From the NCBI GenBank assembly GCA_964016885.1, contig OZ024743.1:192076001-192140000 (forward strand): a DNA stretch of 64,000 bases, read 5' to 3'. The stretch is from Eledone cirrhosa. Its lineage: Eukaryota. Position numbers and translations under genes: made by a program. Shown piece after piece: positions 1 to 14,020 of this stretch (its first letter is position 1; every line of letters begins with the position of its first letter). The notes under the pieces are model-generated. The model was not told the origin of the DNA. It made no database searches and saw nothing but the letters and a program-made list of their open reading frames with translations.

Positions 1-88
1 GTTGATTCAGTTTCATGTAGAACAGAAAATTAAGAGGTAAATACATTGTGCAATCAAAGCCAAAGTTCAAGGAAGGCATATAACTTAC

Positions 89-207
89 AAATAAAGCTTC
101 TTTTCCATATACTGGTACATAGGTGCTGACAGAGGAACATCTATTGTTGTTATTGTATTCATTTTAAGGGTGAAGATTCTTGAACCAGAAAAACCAACAA
201 CAAATCC
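89..207 (-). CDS. IFT122: IFT122 internal exon (39 codons + 2 nt); gene continues beyond the left edge of the window
   Basis: tttttag|GFVVGFSGSRIFTLKMNTITTIDVPLSAPMYQYMEKKLY+TT|gtaagt, 119 bp. It resembles IFT122 [35 protein letters not shown]. This frame is not in the supplied ORF track. Confidence 0.93.
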
Positions 208-1079
208 CTAAAAAAAGATTGAACATCTTAAAAAAATTAGGCAGAACTATATTAATAACAAAAGGTACCTTAGATGTAAAGGGGATCATTTTGTATGTAT
301 ATGTGTGTGTGTATGTGTATATATATAGGGGCATTAACACTAACATAACTTTTATATGAAATACAAGAATTTGTATATCTAGTGACATACAGTATGTTTA
401 TAAATAAACATTTTGAAAGCCTTCAGCTATGAACTTGAAAACTGATGGTGTAGCGTCATCTAGTGTGTTCCAGCAGAAGCTAAGGACAGGTAACTAGCAA
501 TAACGTCATCATCATTTCTGACTCTGGTCGTTATCCAGCTAGTGCTCCCTGCCCCGCTCACTGCTGAAACTTAACATAGGTGAAAACATGTAGATTAGAA
601 GCCTATGTATATGGGCTGATCAGCCTCATTTGCATATAGAGAGCTATTGGCTGGCACGGCCAGAAGATAAAATAAGGGTATTAGCTGTAACATAGCTTTG
701 TCTATGAAATACATAAATTTGTATATCTGGCAATATACAACATGTTTATAAAGAAACATTTTGAAAGCCTTCAGCGATGAATTTGGAAACTGATGGTGTA
801 GTACCATCAAGCATGTTCCAGCCGAGGCTAAGGGCTGGTAACTAGCAATAACGATGTCGTGATTTCTGACTCTGGTTATTATCACTGCACGTAACATGTT
901 TTGCACTACATTAAGTTTCGAGGCATAGGTTTGGCAGCAACTTCAGACTACTTGATAGTGAAGAATGTATGAAGCATTAGTACAACATTTAAAACTGAGA
1001 CAGGATGAATGTCTGAACAAGATCTTATTTTGAAATCATGTGTGTAAAGGGCCAAAAAATATGTTGATCCATTTTCTAA

Positions 1080-1384
1080 GGGAAGAAACTGATGCCGGCA
1101 CTTGCCAATAAAATCACATGCACATGTTGGTTTTCACTTCAATTTATTATAAATTTCCAGTAGGTTAGTTTAATAACTTGATGGTTGTTTATTTGGGTAT
1201 TGTCAAAGGAGACACAAAATAACAAATTAGTCACCGAGGAGGTCAGAGAATGCGTGATGAAAGAGCTTTGACAATAAACAAATAAACAACCATCCAGTTA
1301 TTAAACTAGCCAACTGGGAATTTATAATAAATTGAAGTGAAAACCAACAGGTGCATGTGTTTTTATTGGTAGCATCATCTTCCC
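1080..1384. repeat. Diverged palindrome (arms about 120-130 bp, 57-bp spacer)
   Basis: catgttggttttcacttcaatttattataaat...attgtcaaag pairs with ctttgacaat...atttataataaattgaagtgaaaaccaacaggtg. Confidence 0.85.
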
Positions 1385-1417
1385 AAAGTATAACAATATA
1401 TATATATGATGATGATG

Positions 1418-1482
<65 letters not shown>

Positions 1483-3169
1483 TATATAACACAAACAAAT
1501 CTGCTAACAAAGAAGATCAATGTTATATTTGATATATTTTGTTAATTGCAACATTGAACATGTTAGAACATACCGTCGTGCACATATAATAAACTTTTAA
1601 GGTGCCATTTCAAACTATAAGCATGGCTATCTGAATACCTATTTATCTCTGAGAATATACTTTGCTCTCTGAGGCCCAGGAAGCAATATATTGCAGGCCA
1701 TCATTCCATGGCTTTTGTTCAATAAATCAGAAACTGGGAGAGCTGTGAAACATTTCTTGTTTTCACACCCGATAACTGTGGACAGAAGTTTCTTCTCAAA
1801 GATTTATCTGACTACAAAAATAGTCTGTGAAAAAGCGAAAATCAGTATGATGGTAATAAATTTTAAAGAGAAAAGGTAAAAAAAAAAAAGGAAAGAAAGA
1901 AAAATAGTAACAAAGAGAAACAAATAAACAAAAAAGACTGAATAAATGAATAAAATTCTCTGCAAAAGTGAATATAAACAATGACCTTCCTGATAAAATT
2001 GCCAAGTGTGAGTTGTCAGAAGCCTATCTTGATTGCAGCACTTTCAACATAGAAAAGGTAATAAAATGGAAACAAAGTTATTCTGTTTTCCTTCATGCAT
2101 ATTTTTAATGATAGTTGTCATTGCTGTTTTCGTTGTTGTTATTGTTTAGCCCGAGGTCAGCTTTGATCAAACAGACCAATAACCGAAACACATTCCAGCT
2201 GTAACCATACAGTCTCTTTAACTTTTTTTTTTTCAGACATTGTATTTATTAATACATTCAACATCACCATCACCGTTTAACATCTATTTTCTATGCTTGC
2301 ACGGGTTAAACATGGTGTCACATTCTGTGACTTGACTAGTCAGGTGACCATGTTTTGCTCACATGTCCAGTTTCTATGACTGGATGCCCTTCCTAACACC
2401 AATCACTATACAGCATTTTTTAAAAGACAATAGTGTGTCAGGTGAGAGAGATTTTATCGCTATTTCTAGTAAGCAACTGTGTAGAAACCTCCTTGTTGGT
2501 TTCAACTGATAATCGTTGTGGATTTAGATAAATAAAATAGGAAGATACTTAGTGTTTGTGTTATTTCAGCTGTTATTTAGCCACAAGTCACATTTAACTG
2601 ATCAGGTATGATCAAAATTATTCCAACTGTGACCATTGAATCCTTTTTTAGCTTGTGTCAACATGGACCTCGTAATTCACAGTAAGATTGTAAGGGTGAT
2701 TTGGCTGCTATAATCCAGTCAATTCAGTGACAACCTAAATAGAGGCACTCCAATTCTAAGTCAGCATTGATTCAGCAAACAATCAGAAGTATTCTAGTCA
2801 TAACCATGCATTAATTTCAAATAAATTCTATATAGATATATAGATATATATATAGGGTGTGTAATGAGTGCAGGCTAATCACTGTAAATGTTATATTGAC
2901 ACCATTTTTAAAAAGCACCCAAAAGTGACAGCTATTTATGTCATTCTGCTGTGTATTGCTTTGACAAAAGTCAGTGATATATATCATACTTAAAAAATAG
3001 GCATTGGCTGGATGTATCCTTTATACAACCAGCACTAGAGACAACTCAAGGGTCTTTTATATCCTGTATCAGTTTTTATTCAGAGTGACTACTCTCCTAG
3101 ATGGGTTGCTTTCACTATAACTTACAAAGCCCATGTCTGCCCTATATTATCATATTGTTACATATTTTA

Positions 3170-5257
3170 TCATCATCATCATCATCATCATTATCATCAA
3201 CGTTTAACGTCCGTGTTCCATGCTTGCATGGGTTTGGACGGGGGTAGTCCCACTTGAGGCAAGAGTGATTGTCTTGCTCGCATAGGACTGTCTGGCAGGT
3301 TTTCTACAGTTGGATGCCCTTCCTAACACCAACCACATTTACAGTGTGGGTCTGGGAGGTTTTTACCGTGTTGCCTACACGGCCACATTACAGCGTGGAC
3401 TGTGTGTTTTTTTGTCGTGACACCTACACGATCTCATTTGTTTCGGCCTGGATGGTGCGGCACCAACATAACTTTACATAGAAGGGGGCGGTGTGGATGG
3501 GGTGGGGGGGTGTATTTTGTTAGAGATACCTACTGACTGTAGTAGGTTTTACTTTGTATTTAGGTAAGGCGGGTCTTCTCTGTTACTGAGTACCGCCAAA
3601 GGTCTCGGTCCAGTGACATTGTCTTGGTGAGGTGTAAGTGTGTGAGGTCGGAGTTTATCAGCTCGTCCCAGGTTTTTCTGGGTCTGCCTATTCCGTGGCT
3701 ACCGTCTATCTTTATTGCCCTGCACTTTGTTATACAGCTATCGACTTTCATGCGCATCACGTGTCCATACCAACGTAGCCTTCTCTCGAGTAAACAACAT
3801 CTGATCCCTCTTATTTCTAATTTTTTCCTTAGTTCGTTTATGCTTTGTCGTTCACATATATTACTATTACACATCCAGCGGAGCATGCAAGCTTCGTTTC
3901 TCTCTAGTCTGCGTATATCCTCTGCACACAATGCCCAGGTCTCACTGCCATGCAACATTGCTGTTCGTATGCAGGCATCATACAGCCTGCCTTTCATTTT
4001 TAGGGAGAACCCTTTAGCGGCTAATAGTGGTATAAGCTCTCTGAACTTTTTCCACCCAGTTCTGACTCTAGCTACTGTACTTTCAGAGCACCCTCCCCCA
4101 CTGCTGATTTTGTCACCCAGGTAACGGAAGCTGTCCACTATTTCTATAGAACCCTCTGCGCAGTTGAAAGAGCTAGTATTTTGTGGGCACTTGCTGCTAC
4201 TTATTGCCCCAGAACACCGGCCACATGTAAAATCTATGTTCTTAGTTAGCTTACCTGTGATCCCACTACATCTTTTATGCACCCAAACTTTGCATTTGGG
4301 ACACAAAATGGAATTTCTACCTACGCCTTTCCTACACTCTGCGCATGGCCACTTCCCGGAGGGGACCGCCGCCTTATTTTCTTTCTTACAAACTAGAACT
4401 TTAGTCTTAGCCAGGTTAATTTTAAGGCCTTTTGATTCTAGGCCGTGCTTCCATGTTTGGAATTTCTTCTCTAGCTCGGCCATTGATTCAGCTATGAGCG
4501 TTAGATCATCTGCGTATAGGAGTTCCCATGGGCAGCCGGTCTTGAACTCCACTGTTATAGCCTGGAGGGCAATAATAAATAGTAGGGGGCTAAGAACAGA
4601 GCCCTGATGAACACCAACTTTTACACTAAACTCTTCACTATATTCGTTGTTAATTCTAACCTTGCTGACTGTCTCTTTATACATGGCTTGTATAGCTCTC
4701 ACAAGCCATTCATCAACACCTAGTTTTCTAAGAGCCCACCAGATAATGGAATGGGGGACTCTGTCGAAGGCCTTCTCCAAGTCGACGAAAGCTAAGTATA
4801 GGGGTTTACTTTTAGCTAGGTACTTCTCCTGTAGTTGTCGTACAATGAAAAGAGCGTCTGTGGTACTTTTTCCTGACACAAACCCGAACTGCATTTCATC
4901 TAGATCAATTCGCTCTCTGATTAGTTGCGCTATTACTTTTTCCGTGACCTTCATGACCTGGTCGATTAATTTAATGCCTCTATAGTTACTCCTATCTAGG
5001 GCATCTCCTTTACCCTTATAACAGTTAACGATAATGCTGCTACGCCAGTCCTTCGGAACAACCCCATTCTGTATGACTTGGTTGACTATCCGGGTGACCA
5101 TGGTGTGTCCCACCGTACCAGATGCCTTCAGCATCTCGGCAACTATTTCCGAAGGCCCAGCCGCCTTGCCTGTCTTGATATCTTTGATTGCCTTACTTAT
5201 TATACTACCCTCGACTAACACTGCTGGTCCCTCTATTGGGTCTATGTGGGGGAAATA
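3170..5257 (-). mobile_element. RTE-clade non-LTR retrotransposon, 5'-truncated (family A), open RT/C-terminal ORF 3560-5221
   Basis: RT motifs NYRGIKL, QFGF, FVDLEKAFDRV, GVHQGSVLSPLLF, YADD. RTE-type C-terminus MLHGSETW, RLRWYGHV, GRPRKTW. (TGA)n tail at about 3170-3198. Confidence 0.92.
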
Positions 5258-8200
5258 TTAATATGCTTTTCTGTGATATGTTTGCCTTGTCTGTGTTTTA
5301 CCTCTTCATCCAGGCAAGTTCTTTGTTTTGTCTTGTTTTTCTGTACAATTACTGAGTAGAGTTAAAATGAGGTTTTAACATTACTGACACCATTTAATGG
5401 AGTGGTATTGCCTTTAGTTTCAAAACCATGTAGATATCTAATTCACAGTCAATGATGAGAACAAGTTTATGTTCATTCATTTCCTCCATTTGTTGCAACC
5501 ATCCATAGACATTTTTTCAATATCTCCATCCATATCATTGCCTTTCCCAGCCTGGCTGAGGACTCAACAAGTGCCCCAGTATTGTAAAGGGGTAGTACTG
5601 GTACCATGATAAAATGCACCCAGCCTACCAAGTAAATCAGTAGTGCTGGTGCCATTAAAAAATGTATCCAGTCTACCATGTAAAACGGTAGTGCTTGTAC
5701 TGTGATAAAATGCACCCAGTTGATGCTGTAAGGTAGTTGACATCAGGAAGGGCATCACCTGTAGAAACCAAGGCATGGTCATCTAACCTGTCAAATCACA
5801 GAACATGACAATCCATCTAACACATGCCAGCATCGAAAATAGATGTAAAACAGTGAGGATGATCATTATGTGTATGAGAAAGAGAGAGAGAATGGTGGTA
5901 CTAACAGAAGGCAACTCACATGTTTGCACAGACCAAGTGACTGACTTTAATATCAGACCTAGTTAGTCAAATTGAGAAAAGTAATAGAGATAGAGAAAGT
6001 AATAGAGATATTTATCAAAGAATATTACTGATAAATATAACACGTAAATGGAGTTATCATCATCATCACTGTTTAACGTCCATTTTTCATGCTTGCATGG
6101 GTTAGATGGGTCATCCACGACAGGGGAAAAGTCTGGCCAGATTGGCTATGCCATACCTTGCTCAGACGGAACTGTAAATTTGGCCAGGATTTTTAGAGCT
6201 GGATGCAATTCCTAAGACCAACCACCTGAAATTATTACAGAATTTACAGAGAATACATCTTATAATTCCTGCTATTGTTAGGGCAGTGGATTAGCAAAAA
6301 TCACTAGACTATCTGGCAAAATGCTTTGCAGCATTTAGTTATGACCCTTTACAATCTGAGTTCAAAGGTGAACTTTGCTTTTCATCTGTCTGGGATCAAT
6401 ATAAGTGATTTTCTCCTTCTCTCAAACAAATTGTTGCCCTTGTGCCTGAATTAGAAACCATTACTACTGCTATTGTTGTTGCTGTAAACATTGATGGCAT
6501 TGGTGGAAATCATGCTGCTTGTAGAGGAGCAGAAGACTACATGGCTATTTGATTTATTGATTTCAAGATTACTTAAATGTCTGAACAAGCTAACCTGCCT
6601 ACAAAAAGAAACTATGGAGAATAAGAGAGAAAGGAAAGAAAGAGGGGGGGGGGCTGAATCTGTAATTATGTATGCTTGTGTATATAAATATATGTATATC
6701 TATATGTATCTGATAGTGTAAATTTTCAAAGAAGTCTAAGAAGGAATAAATAAGGTTGTTGTTGTTAGGTAAAACTTCATAGTGTTAGTACTTAAGCACA
6801 TGTAATGCAATTAATTAGATGATCAACCAAATCATTCAGCCGTTATTTCTAGACATGGCAATTTTGATATTATTCAGAATGCATACTGTCCTTAAAACAA
6901 GTAGTCTCCATTACTAAGGTCTGTTCAGTGTGTATTAAAAGAGATTTGCTGCTACACTGCTTAAGCCCAAATAACACCCTATATGTTCTCTGGACAAGGG
7001 ATTATGAAGTTCAGAATCGTAAGGGTAAAGACTCCCTTCGGTCATGAATGACCACGGGATTTGCACCTAGGAAGTTCCCCTCCGAGACACAAATCCGGTC
7101 AAGTTTATTTTGGAAGACCACCAGTCACCCATGAATACCAGTCTCCCCTCCCCACACCACCAATGTTGTCCAAGGGAAAGGCAATGGGCAATACAGCTTT
7201 AATGTAATTCTCAGGAAGATTCAGTATGAGAGGTGTGAAAACTGTTTGTTTTTTTTATTTATAGGAACAGTCGATTTTGCATTTTAATCTAAATAGCTGA
7301 ATATTCCAATGACACTTGTATCTTTAGATTGGTTCGGTGTGACAGGTTTTGTAATAAGGCTCAACATTTGTATCACTAGTACACTAAGTAGATAAGAGAC
7401 AAATCTCTCTCCAGACAGAATGCCAGTCTATCTCAGCTAATACAACCAGCATCTGGTCAGCTGTTATCTCTTCTCAACAGCTAAATAAACTGAGCCAAGT
7501 ATGATAGAATTAAGTATATGCACAATAAAATGCTTGGACTCAATTTCAACACACAATCTTTCAGTCTTAAGTTTGATACCATATCTATTTGGCCAAGTTT
7601 CATCAAATTACATTGTTGGTGAGCAAATGTGTACTCTTGAATTTTGTGTTTACAACGAGGAGGTCTAATTAAAGAATTGTAGTTTCCCAAATAGAAACAA
7701 CACTAATTGATTTAGTATTATAAAATACAAAGCATAACAAGATTTGTCTTTCTCTCTGCACAACATTCCTCATAAGACCTCTTATTGACATTTACTACTT
7801 CAACTTACAATCACCCATAAATGATGACATCCATCAGCAGCATCTGTACTCAATATCAGCATTCTCTCTCTCTCTCTCTCTCCACACCAAATGAAATGCT
7901 CAGCTGACATTTATCACCCTCTCTTCTCTGTGGCAATCATCACTCACTATTGTGACACACTCTTATTGGTATCTTGTCACATTGCTCATGCTGTTTTCCT
8001 TTTCACCCCTTACCAACCACTGTTATTTTTCTTTCACTACCAATCTATCACCTCTTCCAAATCATACTTTCTTCTTTTTCAACTCTTGGTCATCTCTTCT
8101 ACAAATCACTCCCTCAATAACATTTGCTTTGAACAAAAGAGTGGATGCTCTTTATACTTGCAGTGAACTAAACAACCTTTCTAATGTTGGTGCCATAATA

Positions 8201-9541
8201 AAATGCACTTAGTAGACTCTGTTAAGTGGTTGATATTTGAATGGAGACAACATAAGAGAAAAAGACTTTAGTGCTGGTGCTATGATAAAATGCACCCAGT
8301 ACACTTGTTAAAGTGGATCACTGATTGAACAGAGATAGCAGACGGCAGTGAAGAGTCTTCCATCTTGACATCACAACAATTTCAGGAATAAATAAAAAAG
8401 AAAACAATAGTGACAGCGACTGTAGAAGTCATGGCGACTGCAGTAGTGTTGGAAGAAGAACCCTTTTCTAGGCTTCATATTTTGTATACAGAAAGGGCTT
8501 TATTTCTGTATGTATGCCATATACTGATCTGCTAAGCACTCAATTCCTTGAGACACAGGTACTATATAACATTTTGCATGCTTGCCAAATTATAGTTATT
8601 GCTGATAGTATTTTCATTTATGTAAATACATAAATTTATTTTTTCCAATTACATTTCCATAACATGAACAAAAATATCTTCATAAATATCTAATGCAATA
8701 TCAGCGTTGTCCAGCTTTACCTATATTATTTATTCACACACTATACACATAAAATTATCTAACTTATCACCTAAAAAATGTCCTCATTTCCATTACCAAG
8801 GTTTTATAATATTTAGACTACCTAGCCATTTTAAAACTAAGTCAAATTTTCTAAAACTTAAAATTCATATAATGTGAGCTATAATGTTTGATGTTTCATG
8901 TTCATTGGGAATAAAAGCAAGAATCCAGAAATGCATACACTGTATCAAGTGAATGTATAATATCATCCTCATCATCAGCAGGATAAGCAATTTATATCTT
9001 CTTTCCACAAGCATTGGTTGGAAAGGTTGTCACTGTCTGAGACCAAAGGAGTTGGAGTGACCTAGTCTTATTCATACATTCCATATTTGTCATGAATTCT
9101 ACAGTTGGATGTCCTTCCTACTGTCAATCACCTTATAAGGTGTATTTGGTGTGTTTCTCCATGGCACTACCATGCATTTTTGTGGCACCAGCACTAACAC
9201 TTTGCAAGGTAGCCTGGATAAGTTTTATCATGGCAACAGCACTAGAGTGGTTATCATATGTTCATCCAGAATGAAGAGTCCACTCAAACCTATATTGCCT
9301 CTGGTCTCTCACTAAGATTACTTTTACTGATTGGAGTATTTGTGAGTTAGAGTTTAGATCAAGAGGCAGAACAAAGGGTTTAAAGTGTTTCAGCTTTGCT
9401 GATAAATAGAAATAATATATAATGATATAAATGAATCTCAATACACAATTGAACCTTCTCTCCATTGTAAGAAAAGGTGATAAAAAGTAGAATGGAATAC
9501 ATAAAACATATATATTGTTTAAACTTCAAAGAAATATTTAC

Positions 9542-9661
9542 ATTTAACTTCTGTTGGTGGACAGGGAAATTGCTGGCTTTGATATTTAGATAGCCATTAC
9601 CAGAGAAACACAACATATCTTCATATTCCGTATTCCAAGCAACACTATTAGCAGCTGGTTC
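9542..9661 (-). CDS. IFT122: IFT122 internal exon (40 codons)
   Basis: aacag|[40 protein letters not shown]|gtaaat, 120 bp, phase 0/0. It resembles IFT122 [40 protein letters not shown]. Confidence 0.95.
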
Positions 9662-9851
9662 CTGTTTAAAGTGAAAAAATTGAAAGATTCAAGCTATGTT
9701 TCAAACATTATTCTAAGATATTATAATGAGAGGACTCAAAACAATTATCACAAATAAATGGATTATGAGAAAGAAAAGACATTAATGCAGCAATAGAAAT
9801 GTATGTATCCTATATGGTAATGTAGAAACCAATTAATACATATGACAACTG

Positions 9852-10200
9852 GAGGCACATGGCTTAGTGGTTAGAGCATTGGCCTTGCAATCGAAAGGTT
9901 GTGAGTTCAATTCTCAGACCGGGTGATGTGTTGTTTGCTTGAGCAAGACACTTTATTTCACATTGCTCCAGTTTACTCAGCTGTAGAAATGAGATGATAG
10001 AGACTGGGGTCCAAATCATTCCACTGCAAAAGTGGTCGTGGAGGTGCCACGGCAAAAAAGCACCCAGCACTCACTGTAAATGAGGTTGGTGTTAAGAAGG
10101 GCATCCAGCTGTAGAAATCAAGCCAGAATCAGTTCCCGTCCCACCCTTGCAAGCAGGGAAAAAGCAGACGTAAAATGAAATGATGAAATGATGATGATGA
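9852..10200 (+). mobile_element. tRNA-derived SINE with RTE-derived 3' tail
   Basis: A box TGGCTTAGTGG, B box GTTCAATTC, central ttgagcaagacactttatttcacattgctccag domain. The 3' part is shared with the RTE 3' UTR at about 29130-29245. (TGA)n tail. Confidence 0.85.
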
Positions 10201-10254
10201 CAACTATGAAAGATTTCCTCAAAATTTAAATTTTATACCATACAAGTCATTTAA

Positions 10255-10458
10255 TCCTTTAGCATTCAAAGCAGCCGTATCCAACCAGAATTCTGTCACC
10301 TCTTTCTGTTCAAACTGGTTGTAATTGGCTGCTCATACTGATGTTAAGGTATTGTTCTCAAAATCTCCTAGATTCGATATTATGAGATAATTATGTACGA
10401 TAAAGCCTTTATCACAAAAATACAATTGCATATATAGAGTAATGTAAATGCTAAAGGG
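10255..10458. mobile_element. piggyBac-type MITE
   Basis: TTAA tcctttagcatt...aatgctaaaggg TTAA. Confidence 0.72.
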
Positions 10459-11528
10459 TTAAAGGACAAACATTTCATTCTTACTACTATGAAATCATAG
10501 CTGGCATGTATTTTCTTGACCAAATTTCCCCAAAGATATTCAGTAAAAGTATGTTTATTTCAATTATTGGTCCCTAAGTATGATTTTAAGTTCAGTAGTA
10601 CAAAGCAATGGAACAACATCAACTACACACTAGTAGTGTTGCAAATAGTCCAACTCCTTCTTAGCAGGGAAAACAAATGCTAAAGAATGATAATGATGGG
10701 AAGGAGAATGATAGTGATGAACTCTAGAAGTCTACAGTAAGGTGAGTAGAGTTGTTTAGTGTCAGTTAGAGGATACAGCACTTATTCTGAATCATGCTAT
10801 GTAAATGGTATATATCACTAGATGAGTTTGTAGAGCTGTGGACACAATGTGACTTGCCCTATTTAGTTATCTAATTAAATATAGGTAATTAATTCTGTAA
10901 TGAAAGAGATAGATATAGGGAAATGTAGAAAAAGTGACATCTGAACAAATATCCTCCACTTCCAACTAACTTTCACAATATCAGCCTTTTAGTCAGTAAA
11001 CTAACATTTTACTAACTCAGCAAACTGTAACGATCAGAAGTTTATGTAAAACATCATTATATAAGCAACAATAGCAATATATTCATCACAAAGGTGGTGG
11101 ATTGGCAGAATCATTACAGTGTTGGGCAATATTCTTCACAGCTCTTTACATTTTGAGTTCAAATCCCACTGAGGTCAACTTTGCCTGTATCCTTCTGGGA
11201 TTGATAAAATAGTAGCATGCAGAGAGGGGGCAGAGAATGCAACAGCCTTGGACAGCTATATTGGGGAAGATGGTGGGGGCATCCAACTAATATGTCATGC
11301 AGGGTTCTCTATTCAATGTGGCTGCAGAGCTCAGTGCGCACATTTCTCAAGCACCCACCCAAAATATGCACTCAGTTTTCCAGCTAGATTAAAAAGGCTC
11401 TGTATTTGAGTTTTAGGGGCATAAAATCAAAGAGTTGGTCCCTGGTATCACCAAACCACTGAATGCTACTGAGTACCAGTCAAGTACTTGGGTCAACATA
11501 ATCAATTGCAAGAATAGGAATTCTGTAA

Positions 11529-11749
11529 CCCTTTAGCATTTATATTACTCTATATCTACTATTGTATTTTCATGGTAAACATTTTATTTCACAAAATTAT
11601 TTCAAGTAATACTGAATCTAAGAGATTTTGATATTATTTATTTCAAGAACAATACCTTAACATAAGTATGGGCAGCCAGTTATGGCTGTTTTGAACAGAA
11701 AGAGATGAGAGAATTCTGGCCGGATACGGCCGGTTTAAATGCTAAAGGG
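11529..11749. mobile_element. piggyBac-type MITE
   Basis: ccctttagcattta...taaatgctaaaggg followed by TTAA. Opposite orientation to the 46527 copy. Confidence 0.75.
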
Positions 11750-12030
11750 TTAATCTGATTGGTGAAGAAATTAAGTTGGCTTTGAATCAGTGTTTATGTA
11801 GTTCATTCCAAATATTTATTTAATTAATAAAATCAGCAGACTTCAACAATACATTGATACAGCAGTAAAAAAGAATTAAACAAACTAATTTCATAGTGAC
11901 ATAGTACAAAAGTGGTAGGAATTTAATTGCAGAAGTGTTTCATTCACACATCTGTCTTTCCAATATCAGCATTGGTTAAGCAAAACATTATCTTTCCATT
12001 ATTTATTTTTAAAATGTCAATATTACACAC

Positions 12031-12195
12031 CTGGAATAATAGTTCTTTGTTATTCAGATCATATACCAAGCATGTACTTTGTTCATCAATTGCTGCCAAT
12101 TTTGTCCGGTTGGCACTTAAATCAAGACAACGGATTCCAACTGATAACTTCAGCAGCAGAATTGGAAATGGGTTATTCACAAATATTTTCAGGAT
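12031..12195 (-). CDS. IFT122: IFT122 internal exon (55 codons)
   Basis: tttag|ILKIFVNNPFPILLLKLSVGIRCLDLSANRTKLAAIDEQSTCLVYDLNNKELLFQ|gtgtgt, 165 bp, phase 0/0. It continues the previous exon and resembles IFT122 ([25 protein letters not shown]). Confidence 0.95.
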
Positions 12196-12714
12196 CTAAA
12201 TACAGAAAAAAAATTTAACAGGTAATTCAAATTGCTTTGTCCTTGTTGTGTAAATAGCAAGAAAATGTAAGTAACTCTTAGAGTAAAACATTCAAGTAAA
12301 AATTTTGAATATTACTCAAAAGCCAACAAAAATACATTAATTTAAGTATAAATATTTTATTACATGAGAAAAAAATAGAAATTTTCATTATATTTATTCA
12401 AGATTAATCTAATTTAATGGGTTTTTTCCACAATAACGATACACTTTATAAAAGTTATAAAAGGTGATGATCTGCAATATAAATTTTGATTTAGGTAAAC
12501 ATCTCTAATAGTGATTGGTTTAGGTACCTTAATTAATTCTTTACATGCAATTTACATTAATATCATTTTTTAATTAAATTTAAAACAAATGTTTTGCTAA
12601 GCAATAAACAAATGTTGTTGAGATGAGCAAATGAAAAAACAATTTTCTGCAATCTGATAAAGAAGCAGACAAGTACTGAATTGAATTAATATCAATTCTA
12701 CTGGAATAATATAT

Positions 12715-13125
12715 ATTCTTCTTTGCCCAATTATTCCTGAGAGGGTCATGGGGGCAGAGTCCTCAAACACTCCTTCCAGCAGGTCCTGTCAGAAGCAACC
12801 ATCTTCAATTGATCTGGCTGGATCCCAATGAAACAAGCTGAGCTCATGAATGTTATCCAACAATCTTACTCAAGGTCTATGCCAGCAGGTTTTGGCCATA
12901 AAATCTGACCAGCAATTCTCTCCTGAGACATTCTGACCACGTGTCTGTAGTATTGGAGCTGTGATCTCTTAATTCAAAGAAATAGCAGCTCTACCTGGAG
13001 TGAATCTGATTGCTGAGCTCTGCACTCTATCGAGTAAGGTTACTCCAAAGACCTTTTCGAAGAACCCCATTTTGGCCAGTTGTATTACCAATCATATTCT
13101 TTCAGTCATAACCCAATGGCATGAA
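12715..13125 (-). mobile_element. RTE family B 3' end fragment
   Basis: Reverse complement is homologous to 15625-16015. Confidence 0.72.
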
Positions 13126-13884
13126 TACTGAATTGAAGATTGCAAGTTTGACTTTTGCACCTTTTATATGAATAAAAATAACTTTGATAACTGATTTTTT
13201 AACAACAATGAGAATCTTAACCATCTAAAGTTTAGCAACTGAGGAAGACTTAACATACTGGCACACCACTGCACAAACACAGTTGTTAAATCTTCTATAA
13301 TACACATGTTCCCTGTTTTAAAATGGAAGCTACATGATTTATGTCCTAACTCTTAGGACAATATACCAAAATGAAGTCCCAATGATCAGAATGGAATGCT
13401 GATTGAATGCTTGAATTCAGCTATTTCTAGCATCTTGAAATTGATTAGTTAGTTAGTTATCACAATTACAATGCTACAACATCTATTTAATCTCCTTTTT
13501 ATATACAACCTAAGTATATTACTATATATCCCCAGCAGTTCTATCACAAGCTCCCTGTGTTAAAAAGCATGGAAGCAATAAGCTTGACTTCAATGATAAA
13601 CATTATTCCTTCCAATTAATATTTGCATCATTTACCAGTTACTCTATACTATTCTAAATTCATCACCAACAACCACTGGGTGAGGCTCTATGTTGTTGCT
13701 TAACATGCTAGAAATAATAGCCAGATCTTCCTCAAATCAAATTCTACTGTCTTAAAATCTAAGGCTAAATTGGACAAAGTAATTTTTAGCATCTTATGCC
13801 AGAATGGTCATATTGAAATACTTTTAACTATAAGTCTGTATGATTAGACAACATTTATCATCATGTTTAAAAGAATATATATTC

Positions 13885-13936
13885 GTGTGTATGTATGTAT
13901 GTGAGTGTGTGTGCGTGTGTGTGCGTGTGTGTGCGT

Positions 13937-14012
<76 letters not shown>

Positions 14013-14020
14013 GTGTGTAT
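13885..14020. repeat. (TG)n microsatellite
   Basis: Direct inspection. Confidence 0.97.

Noticed and set aside
1600-1860. Possible plus-strand exon of a nested gene
   Set aside because: Short frames with stops, no recognisable motif and no convincing splice pair.
3624-5261. Plus-strand ORFs overlapping the RTE (and similar antisense ORFs over the Tx1 and family C elements)
   Set aside because: Antisense shadows of retroelement coding sequence.
7020-7200. GC-richer segment resembling an RTE-related 5' UTR/SINE on the minus strand
   Set aside because: Resemblance is from memory only, and no boundaries or fold could be established.
9852-9925. tRNA gene
   Set aside because: A and B boxes are present but continue into a SINE body and tail, with no complete cloverleaf.
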